Shown here one piece after another: positions 1 to 9,430 of a stretch of 64,000 nucleotides of DNA. Numbering within the stretch: position 1 is the first letter of the stretch; each line of letters opens with the position of its first letter. The stretch lies in IMG/VR virus record IMGVR_UViG_3300036768_001340, positions 4,246-68,245 of that record. One strand, 5' to 3'. The notes beneath the pieces were generated by a model. It had not been told where the DNA came from and did not search any database. It saw only the letters and a list, made by a program, of their open reading frames with translations. The stretch comes from a virus. The position numbers were made by a program, and so were the translations under genes.

Positions 1-1164
1 CGCCCAATCCGACCAATCTCCGGCGTAGAAAGATGAGAGGGGAGGGGCAACAAGGGATGAAAAGGCTGTCTGTCTATCGATCGTGGATAGGCCCATGAAG
101 TCAACGTTGCTGGTCCTAGTCCATTGCACGATCGACCTAATGCGATAGAAGTACGTACCGTTGTACGCGACCTGTCTATCGATAAACTCATCCTGCGTTG
201 GATCGTCGATGTTGATGACCCGACCTCTCACCATCGAGCCGTCCGGTTTAAGGTCGTGTCTCTCAATCACGTATCCCACGTAGAGCACGGCAGGGGCGTC
301 TGGGACACCGGTGAAGTCAGGCGGTGGATTCTGGACCTGGACATCCTGATTGAACTCAGAGATGACCTCGAGTGACCCCATGATCTTCGTAAGTGAACCA
401 AGGACCGTAAGCTGGGCTGGATCCTGGGCCACGGTGATCCTGTTCGCATCAAGCGCTCCAACGATGGATGGGTCGATGAACTTGACCACAGTGGCCTCTC
501 TCGCGGTCGGACGCGTCCTATAGGTGTACGGGGAGCTGGCGTCACCGACGTGATCGGCCGCAGACTGACCGGCGGCAGCCGGATCGAGCAGAAATGAGTC
601 CTCGTCGAGGGTCGTCGGCTGGTTCATCGCAGGCGGAATCGGGGCCGTGATGATCGAGGAGATCACCCCTGGCTCGATGAATCCGTTCGCGAGCGATGAG
701 GCTGCGACATCAAATTTCACCGCAATAGGCGGAGAGATGATCTTCGGACTTGCAAACGGCCGCGACGTCTTGTTACCGCCCTTCGGGACGAGCGTTGGAG
801 CGGTGGCCCACCTCAGGGTCACATACCGCGGAAGGTCAGAGAGCGATCCGGACGCATCGAACGTCGGAGCTACATCCTCACCATCGACGTAGAAGTTATA
901 CGTCGAGATGGCTCGAAGGTTGAACCTCCTAAAAAGGGTCGAGTGAAAGGCCCGAACCGACTCTGAAGACAAGATTGTCTCACTCGGGTTGATCTCGGGC
1001 GGCCGTGTGCCAACCTTGACCCCACCGATCTGACTCTCAGGGAGAGCATCGCCGACCCCTCCCTTGATAGGGGTCTTGACAGGGGTCGGCTCTGGAGACG
1101 GAGCGACCTCCGTGAGCTCCCCAAGGGCCGTACCATAGACAACGTTGGCAAGCTTAGAAGGCAT
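1..1164 (-). CDS. Virion structural protein with fibronectin type III-like domain; runs off the left end of the window
   Basis: Not in the ORF track. ATG at 1164 overlaps the stop of the upstream gene (TGATG). Hand translation stays open to base 1 (MPSKLANVVYG...YVGYVIERHD...EFIDRQVAYNGTYFYRIRS), an FN3-like pattern. Confidence 0.8.
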   Translation of the reverse strand, partial: MPSKLANVVYGTALGELTEVAPSPEPTPVKTPIKGGVGDALPESQIGGVKVGTRPPEINPSETILSSESVRAFHSTLFRRFNLRAISTYNFYVDGEDVAPTFDASGSLSDLPRYVTLRWATAPTLVPKGGNKTSRPFASPKIISPPIAVKFDVAASSLANGFIEPGVISSIITAPIPPAMNQPTTLDEDSFLLDPAAAGQSAADHVGDASSPYTYRTRPTAREATVVKFIDPSIVGALDANRITVAQDPAQLTVLGSLTKIMGSLEVISEFNQDVQVQNPPPDFTGVPDAPAVLYVGYVIERHDLKPDGSMVRGRVINIDDPTQDEFIDRQVAYNGTYFYRIRSIVQWTRTSNVDFMGLSTIDRQTAFSSLVAPPLSSFYAGDWSDWA

Positions 1165-2795
1165 CAGGAGAAGGCTCCTGGATAGAAATCATAGATAGCC
1201 CGAAGGATCTGCATGAATCGATTGATGCCTGAGTACGTGGTCAGGTCGATCACATCAGATCCTGCGATCTCAGCGAAGGAGGGCGGAGTCGGACCTGACC
1301 TTGCATCGAGGAAGTCAACCGCAAAGCTCTTACTGCTCTTGATCTGGGCCCTGCTGGCGACCGAGATCAGGGTCGGATCAAGAGTAGCAGTCTCAGGATC
1401 GATCACTGAGAGGATCCTGGCGAGGCCGGCAGTGGACCCTTCTATCGAGGCCTGGGTGGCCTGGATCCCGTTCGGATCATCCTTTCCGGAGATGAAGTTG
1501 GTCGCGCCCGTTCCATCAAGGATGGACAGGATTGTCTGTGAAACTCCGTATGAAGAGATCGCGGCCTCAACGTTCTTCTGAACCGTCCCGACGTCAGTCG
1601 GAACGAACAGACGACCTGCCCTAGCCTCAGCAAAGATCCTATCTGCACGTGATCCAATGTATGAGTTCGCGCGGACGTCATCGACCGCATCTCCCCTCCT
1701 GATGCTGGCCAGGACATTGCATCCTGCGATCACCCATCCGAACCCCGGATCGCCGTAGAGAGCCTCCGACAGAGCTGGATACGGACTAATCGTCGAAGTA
1801 TCACGACCAAAGCGAGTGGCCTCATCCTGCAACGCCTTCGTGGCGGCCTGCGCCATCGTCGGCGAGAACAAAAGGGCGTTCATCGGGACATCAAAGATGA
1901 ACGGAGTCGCCGGCACCTTCCTCTGAAGGCCTGAGATCCGATACGAGTAGAGGGTATTCTCGATCACACCGTCGTCGGTGTAGGCGTAGACGTCGTGGGG
2001 GCCCGCCCAATCATAGAATGACAGGGCCTGCCAGAACTTCTCATCCTGCAGGAGGTCATTGGTGGACTCCTCTAGCCCTTCGTTACTAAGGGTGATCGGC
2101 GGCAAGTCTACACCGGCAAAGACGTCACGTCTTGAGATGATGTACCCAGCAGCATCACGCATCTTGGACCAGCAGACCGTGATGCCGTCGTCAGACTCAA
2201 GCGTGAAAAGGAGGTACGGCTTCCTCTTCGAGAAGTCAAGCTTCGCCAGCGCATCGATGGCCCGCTTCCTCTTGACGAAGTCTCCGTCCGGCTGATATCC
2301 GAGGATGTCTGCCAACGCGTCTCCGCTCTGGGGAGAGATGCCATCGACGGAGACCTCGTAGGACGACAGCTGTGCGGCGGGCTTCCGATCAAAGGTGACC
2401 TTCCCATCAACGAATGCCTGGGCAACCTCCGAAAGCTCCTTTGCGGCATTCTGGAGGATGACCTGTGTGTTGAAGTCCCACGGCAGGTCTTGAAACAGAC
2501 GACGTCCTGCGTTCACCGCCTCGATCTTAGGAAAGGGGGAGTCTGGCAAGAGGTAGCCGCGGGACAACGCGAGGACATGGACCTCGTTGATCTTATTGAT
2601 GCGCTCCATGATAGCACCGCGGATCAACATGGCTACCTGGACAGTCGACAGACTTGCCCCCGCGTCAATCCAAAATTCTACATTCATGACGCTGGCGGTG
2701 TACTGACAGGCATCCAGGAACCTCTGGGCATCCTCCTTCGAGGCATCCATCGACAACCCTGCCTTCAGGCAATCTGCTATCTGTTGAAGGCTCAT
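1164..2795 (-). CDS. Putative virion structural protein (one FN3-like segment)
   Basis: 543-aa ORF translationally coupled to both neighbours; ITVCWS..AAGYIISRRD..YTDDGVIENTLYSYRI is FN3-like. Confidence 0.7.
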   Translation of the reverse strand: MSLQQIADCLKAGLSMDASKEDAQRFLDACQYTASVMNVEFWIDAGASLSTVQVAMLIRGAIMERINKINEVHVLALSRGYLLPDSPFPKIEAVNAGRRLFQDLPWDFNTQVILQNAAKELSEVAQAFVDGKVTFDRKPAAQLSSYEVSVDGISPQSGDALADILGYQPDGDFVKRKRAIDALAKLDFSKRKPYLLFTLESDDGITVCWSKMRDAAGYIISRRDVFAGVDLPPITLSNEGLEESTNDLLQDEKFWQALSFYDWAGPHDVYAYTDDGVIENTLYSYRISGLQRKVPATPFIFDVPMNALLFSPTMAQAATKALQDEATRFGRDTSTISPYPALSEALYGDPGFGWVIAGCNVLASIRRGDAVDDVRANSYIGSRADRIFAEARAGRLFVPTDVGTVQKNVEAAISSYGVSQTILSILDGTGATNFISGKDDPNGIQATQASIEGSTAGLARILSVIDPETATLDPTLISVASRAQIKSSKSFAVDFLDARSGPTPPSFAEIAGSDVIDLTTYSGINRFMQILRAIYDFYPGAFS

Positions 2796-5572
2796 GGTTC
2801 GATCCCGCGAGTGATCCTCAGCCTAATCAACTCCTCAGCAAGCTCGGCTGTGTCCCTGGTTGTGATCTCGCGTGGATTCGTCGAGAGCTCCACCTTTACC
2901 TCATCATCAAGAGTGGAGAAGAACTTGCGGTCGAAGGCGACGTCCCGAAGAACGACTCCTGAATAGACCCAGTCCGAGATCGTCCCGAGCCGGCCGACAG
3001 TCCGAACGCGATAGAAGTATGCGTTTGCCGGAGTGACGTCAGCGTCGATGTAAAAACGATTGCCCACAAAGATAGTTCGATCAAGTGACCCAGTGTCGGC
3101 AGTCAGGGCCCTCGCCCGGCTGGACTCCGGTGTGAGGTCTGCCACCCTGCGATATTCGAAACGCTTCACAGTCTCGATGTCGACCGCTGAAATCTGAGAT
3201 CCATACAACCTGTTTGTGACGGCCCTCTCGACCTCCCACCTCTCTACGAAGGTGCTCACCATGTTCCATGAGACCACGACGATGGTCGGAATAACCTCGA
3301 TCGGAGTCGATCTGACATAGAGCGGAGATGGGACTGCCGGCGGAGGGGCGACAGTGACGAAGATAGGATCGGTTCGAGAACTTAGCAATCCTCCGCTCTG
3401 CATCGCTATCACCCGGTACTCGTACACCCCGCCCGGGATCACGTATGCAGGCCTGAACGGTGGCGCTTGTTCGGTGCTCACCTTATCGAGGAACCATGAC
3501 TCGCTGGTAGCAGGTAAAGCATCCCAGAATGGAGCTCCGACCTGTCTCCTCTCCACCTGAAAGACGCTCCTGACCGCGGTCGCGGCAAGGACGTCCTGAT
3601 CCCCGATCAACGAGTTGGGAGAAAAATCGTTCGTGCTCGGTGTCCACGAGAGGACGACCCCGACCGGATCGCCGTCTACCACAGAGATCGATGAGGAGAG
3701 GGCGGTCGGAGGATCGATCACCGGCCGCGCATACACCCCGATCGGAGGAGATCCAACGAGGAGAGTCTTGTTTCCGCGATTATCGATTGCGCCGATCGCA
3801 TACTGGTACACCCGATCGATCCGAACGCTGGTATCGACGTATGACGCAGAACCCTGAGACGCGGGAACGTACACCGGCCAGTCTGCGTCCCTTAGCTGCG
3901 GCCCCTGCCGTGAGATTGAGCTCTTGGGACTACGAGGAATCCCAAGGTCAACATGCTCGGGCTGGTTCGCCTGATGGACGGACTTTTCATGAATCGTTAC
4001 ATCACGCCGCTGAACGGTGAAGCCGAGCACACGCGGATCATCCACCCTCATCTTGACGCTCACAGCCGGCTGGCCGACCACCTGCTCGGCGGTGATCGTC
4101 GGAACAGGAAGGGGGATCGGTCGTCCATCCTCCGGCATCTTAAGAGAACATGAGAATGGAGTCTGCGACTTCATCCCGTACGGATCAACCGCGTAGATCC
4201 GGTAGGAGAGCCTGTCACCGGGGACAGCCGATGTATCGACGAATGAGGTGGAGCCGTCCGGTCCCAGGCCGACATCAGAGATGTGCCAGTATTGGCCGAC
4301 CTTGGTCGCGGGACCCTGCATGATCAGGGAGTTCTCGCTACCAAGCCTGATAGAGTCAAGCACCGCCCGACCAGACCTAAAGATCTCTACGTGATCGGTT
4401 CCTGGCCTACATCGAATCGTGAACCGTGGATGCCCACCGATGATTGAATAGACCACATCGGGCGTATCAGGCGGGACGTTCCGCAAGACGTTGACCTTGA
4501 CCATCCTTGATCGAGGACCTTCGGAGCCGTCGTGTCCCACGCAGCTGACGTAATAGACAAAGGAGGATCCATACACAACAGCACGATCGATGACGTACGA
4601 CTCGATGAAGTCGCCGACGGTGCGGGCGTTTGGTCCTGCCGCATCGACGCGGGTGATCTCTGAGAATCCCATGGCGTTCGGAGCCTGGACGATGCCGCTC
4701 GACAAGGCTGCGACGCTGTTTCCTTTCAAGACGTTAATCCCCGTCCTACTCACCACCTCAGTTGGAAGCACCGGGGGCTTAGGGACTGCGCCAAGCGCCT
4801 GCCTGTTCAAGTAAAACGAGAGGTTCTCAACGACGCTCCTGTCAGCCCCTGCGATCGACAGAAGTCCGGCCGCAGTATTGGTCCTCTTATTCGTGTTGGT
4901 AGGTGGGACGACTGGACGCAGCTCCTGCGCGTTGGGAGACGAGACGGACTTTCCCGAATCAGCAAGGTCGGTCGAGATGAACGTGACAAGCCTATTTCCA
5001 ACGCCGACCTTGTCAGCCATCTTCGCCGCAGCGAGGACGGCATCGAGGTTCTTTCCCGACAGGGCGGGGTTAGTCATCAGGGCAGACACGGCTGGACGAG
5101 GTGCCCCGGGTACCGGACCAACATTGGCCCTCATAACCTTAAGATACTTGACCTTCGAAAGGTCGATCGACCTGATCGACACGGTCAGCCTGACGGAGAA
5201 GGCATCAAGGATCCCTCCCGCGTCCTCAAAGACCTCGGCCGAGTCAAGCTCAGGCTTAGGAGCAGGGACCGACGATCCGGCCATGGACGTGGCCAGCCCC
5301 AGATGCGATGTACTTTGAACGATCTTCGAGGCAAGGGGATCCTTTGTGATCGCAGCCACGTACGATGCGACCGACCCGGAGCCCACCGTCTGGTACGGCG
5401 GAATTCCAGATGAAAATGCATCACGGACAGCCGAGACCGACCGCAACGCAGTCTCGGCAAGCGAGGTGACGGCCTCTCTGATGTCCTTGACCGGAGGCAA
5501 GGGCCTCGGAGCGGCTGGCTCTCGGGTAACGATCGGACGCTCCGGCGTCTCAGTCGCAAACCTTCTGATCAC
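2792..5572 (-). CDS. Multi-FN3-domain virion protein (baseplate/tail appendage)
   Basis: 926 aa with about five repeats of the type 'F/Y-x-D-x-x-V-x-x-G-x-x-Y-x-YR-V-x-A' plus PPDTP/DPPTAL/PPAVPSP linkers. Confidence 0.8.
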   Translation of the reverse strand: MIRRFATETPERPIVTREPAAPRPLPPVKDIREAVTSLAETALRSVSAVRDAFSSGIPPYQTVGSGSVASYVAAITKDPLASKIVQSTSHLGLATSMAGSSVPAPKPELDSAEVFEDAGGILDAFSVRLTVSIRSIDLSKVKYLKVMRANVGPVPGAPRPAVSALMTNPALSGKNLDAVLAAAKMADKVGVGNRLVTFISTDLADSGKSVSSPNAQELRPVVPPTNTNKRTNTAAGLLSIAGADRSVVENLSFYLNRQALGAVPKPPVLPTEVVSRTGINVLKGNSVAALSSGIVQAPNAMGFSEITRVDAAGPNARTVGDFIESYVIDRAVVYGSSFVYYVSCVGHDGSEGPRSRMVKVNVLRNVPPDTPDVVYSIIGGHPRFTIRCRPGTDHVEIFRSGRAVLDSIRLGSENSLIMQGPATKVGQYWHISDVGLGPDGSTSFVDTSAVPGDRLSYRIYAVDPYGMKSQTPFSCSLKMPEDGRPIPLPVPTITAEQVVGQPAVSVKMRVDDPRVLGFTVQRRDVTIHEKSVHQANQPEHVDLGIPRSPKSSISRQGPQLRDADWPVYVPASQGSASYVDTSVRIDRVYQYAIGAIDNRGNKTLLVGSPPIGVYARPVIDPPTALSSSISVVDGDPVGVVLSWTPSTNDFSPNSLIGDQDVLAATAVRSVFQVERRQVGAPFWDALPATSESWFLDKVSTEQAPPFRPAYVIPGGVYEYRVIAMQSGGLLSSRTDPIFVTVAPPPAVPSPLYVRSTPIEVIPTIVVVSWNMVSTFVERWEVERAVTNRLYGSQISAVDIETVKRFEYRRVADLTPESSRARALTADTGSLDRTIFVGNRFYIDADVTPANAYFYRVRTVGRLGTISDWVYSGVVLRDVAFDRKFFSTLDDEVKVELSTNPREITTRDTAELAEELIRLRITRGIEP

Positions 5573-6168
5573 CGCCTGCCCCTCCTGGTCGAGTTATCTG
5601 GACCACGAACGACGGCCTCATCATCGATTGAGAACGCGACAAACGGATCGATGGCGCGGCGGCCCGACAGGTCGAACTTAGGACTAAGCTCTGTCAGGCC
5701 GTTGGTTCCGCTGACATACACGTGGATCGAGAAGCCCGCAGCTCCGGCAGTCTCTCCAGTGAGCTCTAGCGGGACCATGGCACGAGTGGTGGAGCTCCGG
5801 ATGAAGGAGGACCCAGAAGAGAGCTGATCACACTGTAGACCCACCCAGGAACCCGTAGGATGCGGATGAAGAAGTCGGGGAAGGACCAGGTAGTCCGGGG
5901 CCGCCTTGAACAGGAAGGACGTCGGCTCGAGCGGCAGAATATTTGACCGACGGTCTTGGACAATGGGGGCCTCCAGCATCGGTGAAGAGTGGATCAGGTC
6001 GTCCCGTTCCTCATCCGTCAACGGTTCCGGTGACCATGGATCGTAATCAATCCCGTCATCAAAGAACGCGTAGTATGCGAAGTCAAGCTCTCCTCGAGCA
6101 AGGAGCTCACGTCCGCGACCGGTCAAAACGACGTCGATGACCCTACTCTGACGGTCAAGAAATCCCAC
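5569..6168 (-). CDS. Putative baseplate-associated structural protein
   Basis: N-terminus MGFLD..IDVVLT.RGRELLA.G...FAYYAFFDDGIDY resembles a motif recurrent in large-phage structural genes; coupled with neighbours. Confidence 0.6.
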   Translation of the reverse strand: MGFLDRQSRVIDVVLTGRGRELLARGELDFAYYAFFDDGIDYDPWSPEPLTDEERDDLIHSSPMLEAPIVQDRRSNILPLEPTSFLFKAAPDYLVLPRLLHPHPTGSWVGLQCDQLSSGSSFIRSSTTRAMVPLELTGETAGAAGFSIHVYVSGTNGLTELSPKFDLSGRRAIDPFVAFSIDDEAVVRGPDNSTRRGRR

Positions 6169-6171
6169 GGT

Positions 6172-8154
6172 TTAACTAGAGCTGCCCGAAAGAAGCTCGG
6201 CGAGGACGGCAACCCGAGTCTTAAGTGGCTGAACATCCTCAGCTGCCTCGGCAAGACGCTGGGCGCTATCGATCGCAGGTCGGACAGTAATGATCTCCTG
6301 CGGATTGATCGAATTAACCGCCGTCGTGGTAAATTCTACCAAGGACGCCGAACTAATCGGGATGACCGGAACTGCAAATTGATTGTTGAGGAGCCATCCC
6401 GGAGTAGTCCCCGAGATGTCAGCAAGGGACCCAGAGAGCCTGTAATAGAGCGCGAAGTCAGCGTTCTCGGCCGAGCCTGTCAGAAGGGTGATCCCGATGG
6501 TCCGACCGATCTCAGGCCAGACCTGATCATCGGCCAGATACGTGTCGCTGGTGTGCGCATCCCAGCTGCCGGTCATACCAGTCAAAAAATCACTACCTGA
6601 GATGGTCAGGATAAGGACCTCGGAACGAGCCCTCCGAGCACGGACCCTGGACTGCCTCCGTAAGGTAAACTCCGACTCGCTGCCCGAGGCGAGGATGAAC
6701 TCAAGACGGACCTGTTGGAAATACGTCGGAGTATAGGTGCCATTAGTTCCTGACAAAGTAAAGCGATTATCTCCGATCATGAGGTACCATGTCCCGCTTG
6801 CCTCGGTCCCACGAAGCCCAGGACGAAATCCGGTCCACCGTCCGGGATCGAATAGGGCCGAACCAGTGGTCAACCTCACAGGAATATCCCCGTACCTCTT
6901 TCTCTGATAGAGAGGGTCGAGCAGCGGATACAGGGGCCGAAGCTGCTCAGCTCCGTAGTTTACTCCTGTCGTCGGCCACTCGTCGATCAGGTTGGTGCCC
7001 CCAGGGCCGTTCAACCAACCCTTAGGAGGAGAGCCGGCCATCTGATACGTGTTTGCCCCCGAGATCTCTGCCGCAGACGTCCACGGGACGTCAAAGCCGA
7101 ACGCACTATTGAATCCGAAGTACGAATTCGGAGCTCCGTTATAGCTTCCAGACGAACCACCAGGAACGGCATGCCTCGGATTCGGGATGGCCGCCCCGTC
7201 TGAAAAGACGGTCCGCATCGAACGATCTCGCTGCCATGATGGATATCGTCTTGTAAGCGTGTGATTGTCAGCATCCCACGGACCATAAGATGTCTTTTCG
7301 AATAGACCTGGACCTTCCCAGAGGATGAAGGAATCGCGATAAAACGGTGAGATATAATCCGGTCCAAAAAGAGAACGACCGATTGGATCATGATCGCTCA
7401 CCGCAGTAAATTCTGCCAAATCTGAGGTGAAGACCTTCTTAAGGATCGGATCGTTCCTGATCGGATGAGCGTGGAACCCGCTAAGGTTCGGGGACCTGAT
7501 GGCGATCGCCAGGTTTCCTAGTGGATATCTTCCAGCACCGTCAACACTCGACGATCCCGAGACCTGCATCAGCTCGATCCAGACCTTAAGGTCGACGATC
7601 CTCCCGCGGTGTGGGACCTCGACCGGGATCACGGCAGGAAACTTGATACTAGATCCAATCAATGAATAATTAAATATTGATGTGTAGGCCACCGTGCCGG
7701 TCACGCTCGTGACGTCGGTCCCTTTCCCCGGGACGTAATAGACCGGAGTGGCGCCGTCCATACCCGCGGGAAGACGTATCAGATCTTTGACGGACGCCGT
7801 CTTCTTCACGATGACGTGCCGGTACCTGCCGTGCTTCGAGTAGTACATCGAGGCGCTGGCCGGCACCGCCGTGGTCTCGAGCGGTTCCGACCCGCTCCTC
7901 CAAAGGTTCAGGGACGTGACCTCGTGATCGCTCGAGCTAAGCACGGTGGTCACGTACGATGAATTCCTAAAGTTAACCGATGAAACGGACGGAAGCCGAT
8001 ATGAACCGCTCCGATCCGTCAAGAACCTCTCAACGCTGCCGGTGATAGTCGTGACCTCGATCTCTCCGCCGAGAAATCCGGCGTCAGGACCCTGGACGTG
8101 CCTGCGGTCGAACCGCATGCCGGGACGATGAGAGTATTCCTTACGACGCTTCAC
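6172..8154 (-). CDS. Structural protein with a proprotein-convertase P-domain-like fold interrupted by a large insertion
   Basis: IPVEVPHRGRIVDLKVWIEL..GNLAIAIRSPN and, much later, GLRGTEASGTWYLMIGD match the two ends of a P-domain; SGS/TGS-rich. Confidence 0.6.
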   Translation of the reverse strand: MKRRKEYSHRPGMRFDRRHVQGPDAGFLGGEIEVTTITGSVERFLTDRSGSYRLPSVSSVNFRNSSYVTTVLSSSDHEVTSLNLWRSGSEPLETTAVPASASMYYSKHGRYRHVIVKKTASVKDLIRLPAGMDGATPVYYVPGKGTDVTSVTGTVAYTSIFNYSLIGSSIKFPAVIPVEVPHRGRIVDLKVWIELMQVSGSSSVDGAGRYPLGNLAIAIRSPNLSGFHAHPIRNDPILKKVFTSDLAEFTAVSDHDPIGRSLFGPDYISPFYRDSFILWEGPGLFEKTSYGPWDADNHTLTRRYPSWQRDRSMRTVFSDGAAIPNPRHAVPGGSSGSYNGAPNSYFGFNSAFGFDVPWTSAAEISGANTYQMAGSPPKGWLNGPGGTNLIDEWPTTGVNYGAEQLRPLYPLLDPLYQRKRYGDIPVRLTTGSALFDPGRWTGFRPGLRGTEASGTWYLMIGDNRFTLSGTNGTYTPTYFQQVRLEFILASGSESEFTLRRQSRVRARRARSEVLILTISGSDFLTGMTGSWDAHTSDTYLADDQVWPEIGRTIGITLLTGSAENADFALYYRLSGSLADISGTTPGWLLNNQFAVPVIPISSASLVEFTTTAVNSINPQEIITVRPAIDSAQRLAEAAEDVQPLKTRVAVLAELLSGSSS

Positions 8155-9422
8155 CAGTCCTCATTCCTTTCGACGATGGAGATGCTTCCGCTGATATCAA
8201 TGATTCCTTCACGGATGGGCCTGAATCCGTAGGTGTACTTCGGACGCTCTAACATGTGGCTCTCGACCACGATCTCGTCACCCTTAAAGATGCTCCTGGC
8301 AGGGATAAGCCTCTGGACGATCGTGACAAAGGAGCTATCGAAGAAATCCAACATGTCCACGAAGGCACGGAAGTTCAGCTGGCCTTGGAACCTCTTGAAG
8401 TAGGTCTCCCGCATCTGCTGGAGGCCCTCGTAGTCATGCCGGTATCGGTTCATGGGATGACCGAGGATGTTGTTCAGCTCATCGTACGAGGCCATCAGGT
8501 GTGAGATGTCCTCGTTGAGGGCATCGAACATGTTGAACTCAAGGGAGACGAACCTCTCATCTTCGTATCTCTCAAGCGGATCGACGGTGGTTCCTGTGTA
8601 GGTGCGAACCTTCTCCTGGTTCCAGCCGTAATCGATGCTTGGAATGTAGGCGTAATCTTCGAGGAACTTGGTGAACGGAGATCGATTAGGGATGAAATTG
8701 CTTCCAGTCGCCGTCCAGCCCGCCGGGGTCGAATCAAGGAGGTAGATGCTACCAGATGAGTCGGCCGAGACTCCGTCGGCCAACCTCCAATGGATCAAGA
8801 GTTCACGATTATCATACGATATTTCACGACCGTAACTCTCAAAATGCCTCGCGTGGGCATGCAGCTCCGAATCGCGCAGCGATCCGGTCCAGAGCCGAAA
8901 CTCCTGTGCCCAGAACTGTCCCCGAGACGGGACCAACGCAGACGAACCGAGCTCAACGGTATCGTAAGAGGCAGCCGGCGCAAACCCAGTCGACCCGCTC
9001 GGCGCCACGCTCGAGGTGCTGAATGTCAAAGAGTCTGCCTCGTATCGGATCGTCGAGAGCCTCAGGGAGCCGGTGGAGTTCTCACGAACGAGCGAGATGT
9101 TGTAGAACCTATCATCAAAGATCGGAACGGATGGGAGCTCCAGCCTTCCGGCCGATGACGTGACGTACACCGTTCCGGTCGTGCTCGCAGCCGACGCCTT
9201 CTCATACCAGACAGAGAGATAGCCGGCAGGCGACGAACCCACGCTAAGGGTAAACAGGGCTCCCGAGAGCTCAGTCGGAGTGAGATTGTCATTTGTCGAA
9301 GATGGAAATCTCACCCGTATCTCTGCGCTGAACTCTCCCCCGGCGCGTAAGATTGGAACTGACGCGACGCTCCCCGAAGAGTTCTGAAACTGAAGATAGA
9401 GGATGATGCCGCCGAGGGCCAT
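8151..9422 (-). CDS. Baseplate wedge-like protein: LamG/ConA-like domain plus helical C-terminal domain
   Basis: IFDDRFYNISL..GQFWAQEFRLW..LLIHWRL (LamG-like), then ALNEDI..RETYF.R..IVQRLIPAR..VESHMLERPKY. Confidence 0.65.
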   Translation of the reverse strand: MALGGIILYLQFQNSSGSVASVPILRAGGEFSAEIRVRFPSSTNDNLTPTELSGALFTLSVGSSPAGYLSVWYEKASAASTTGTVYVTSSAGRLELPSVPIFDDRFYNISLVRENSTGSLRLSTIRYEADSLTFSTSSVAPSGSTGFAPAASYDTVELGSSALVPSRGQFWAQEFRLWTGSLRDSELHAHARHFESYGREISYDNRELLIHWRLADGVSADSSGSIYLLDSTPAGWTATGSNFIPNRSPFTKFLEDYAYIPSIDYGWNQEKVRTYTGTTVDPLERYEDERFVSLEFNMFDALNEDISHLMASYDELNNILGHPMNRYRHDYEGLQQMRETYFKRFQGQLNFRAFVDMLDFFDSSFVTIVQRLIPARSIFKGDEIVVESHMLERPKYTYGFRPIREGIIDISGSISIVERNEDW

Positions 9423-9430
9423 CTTTCACC

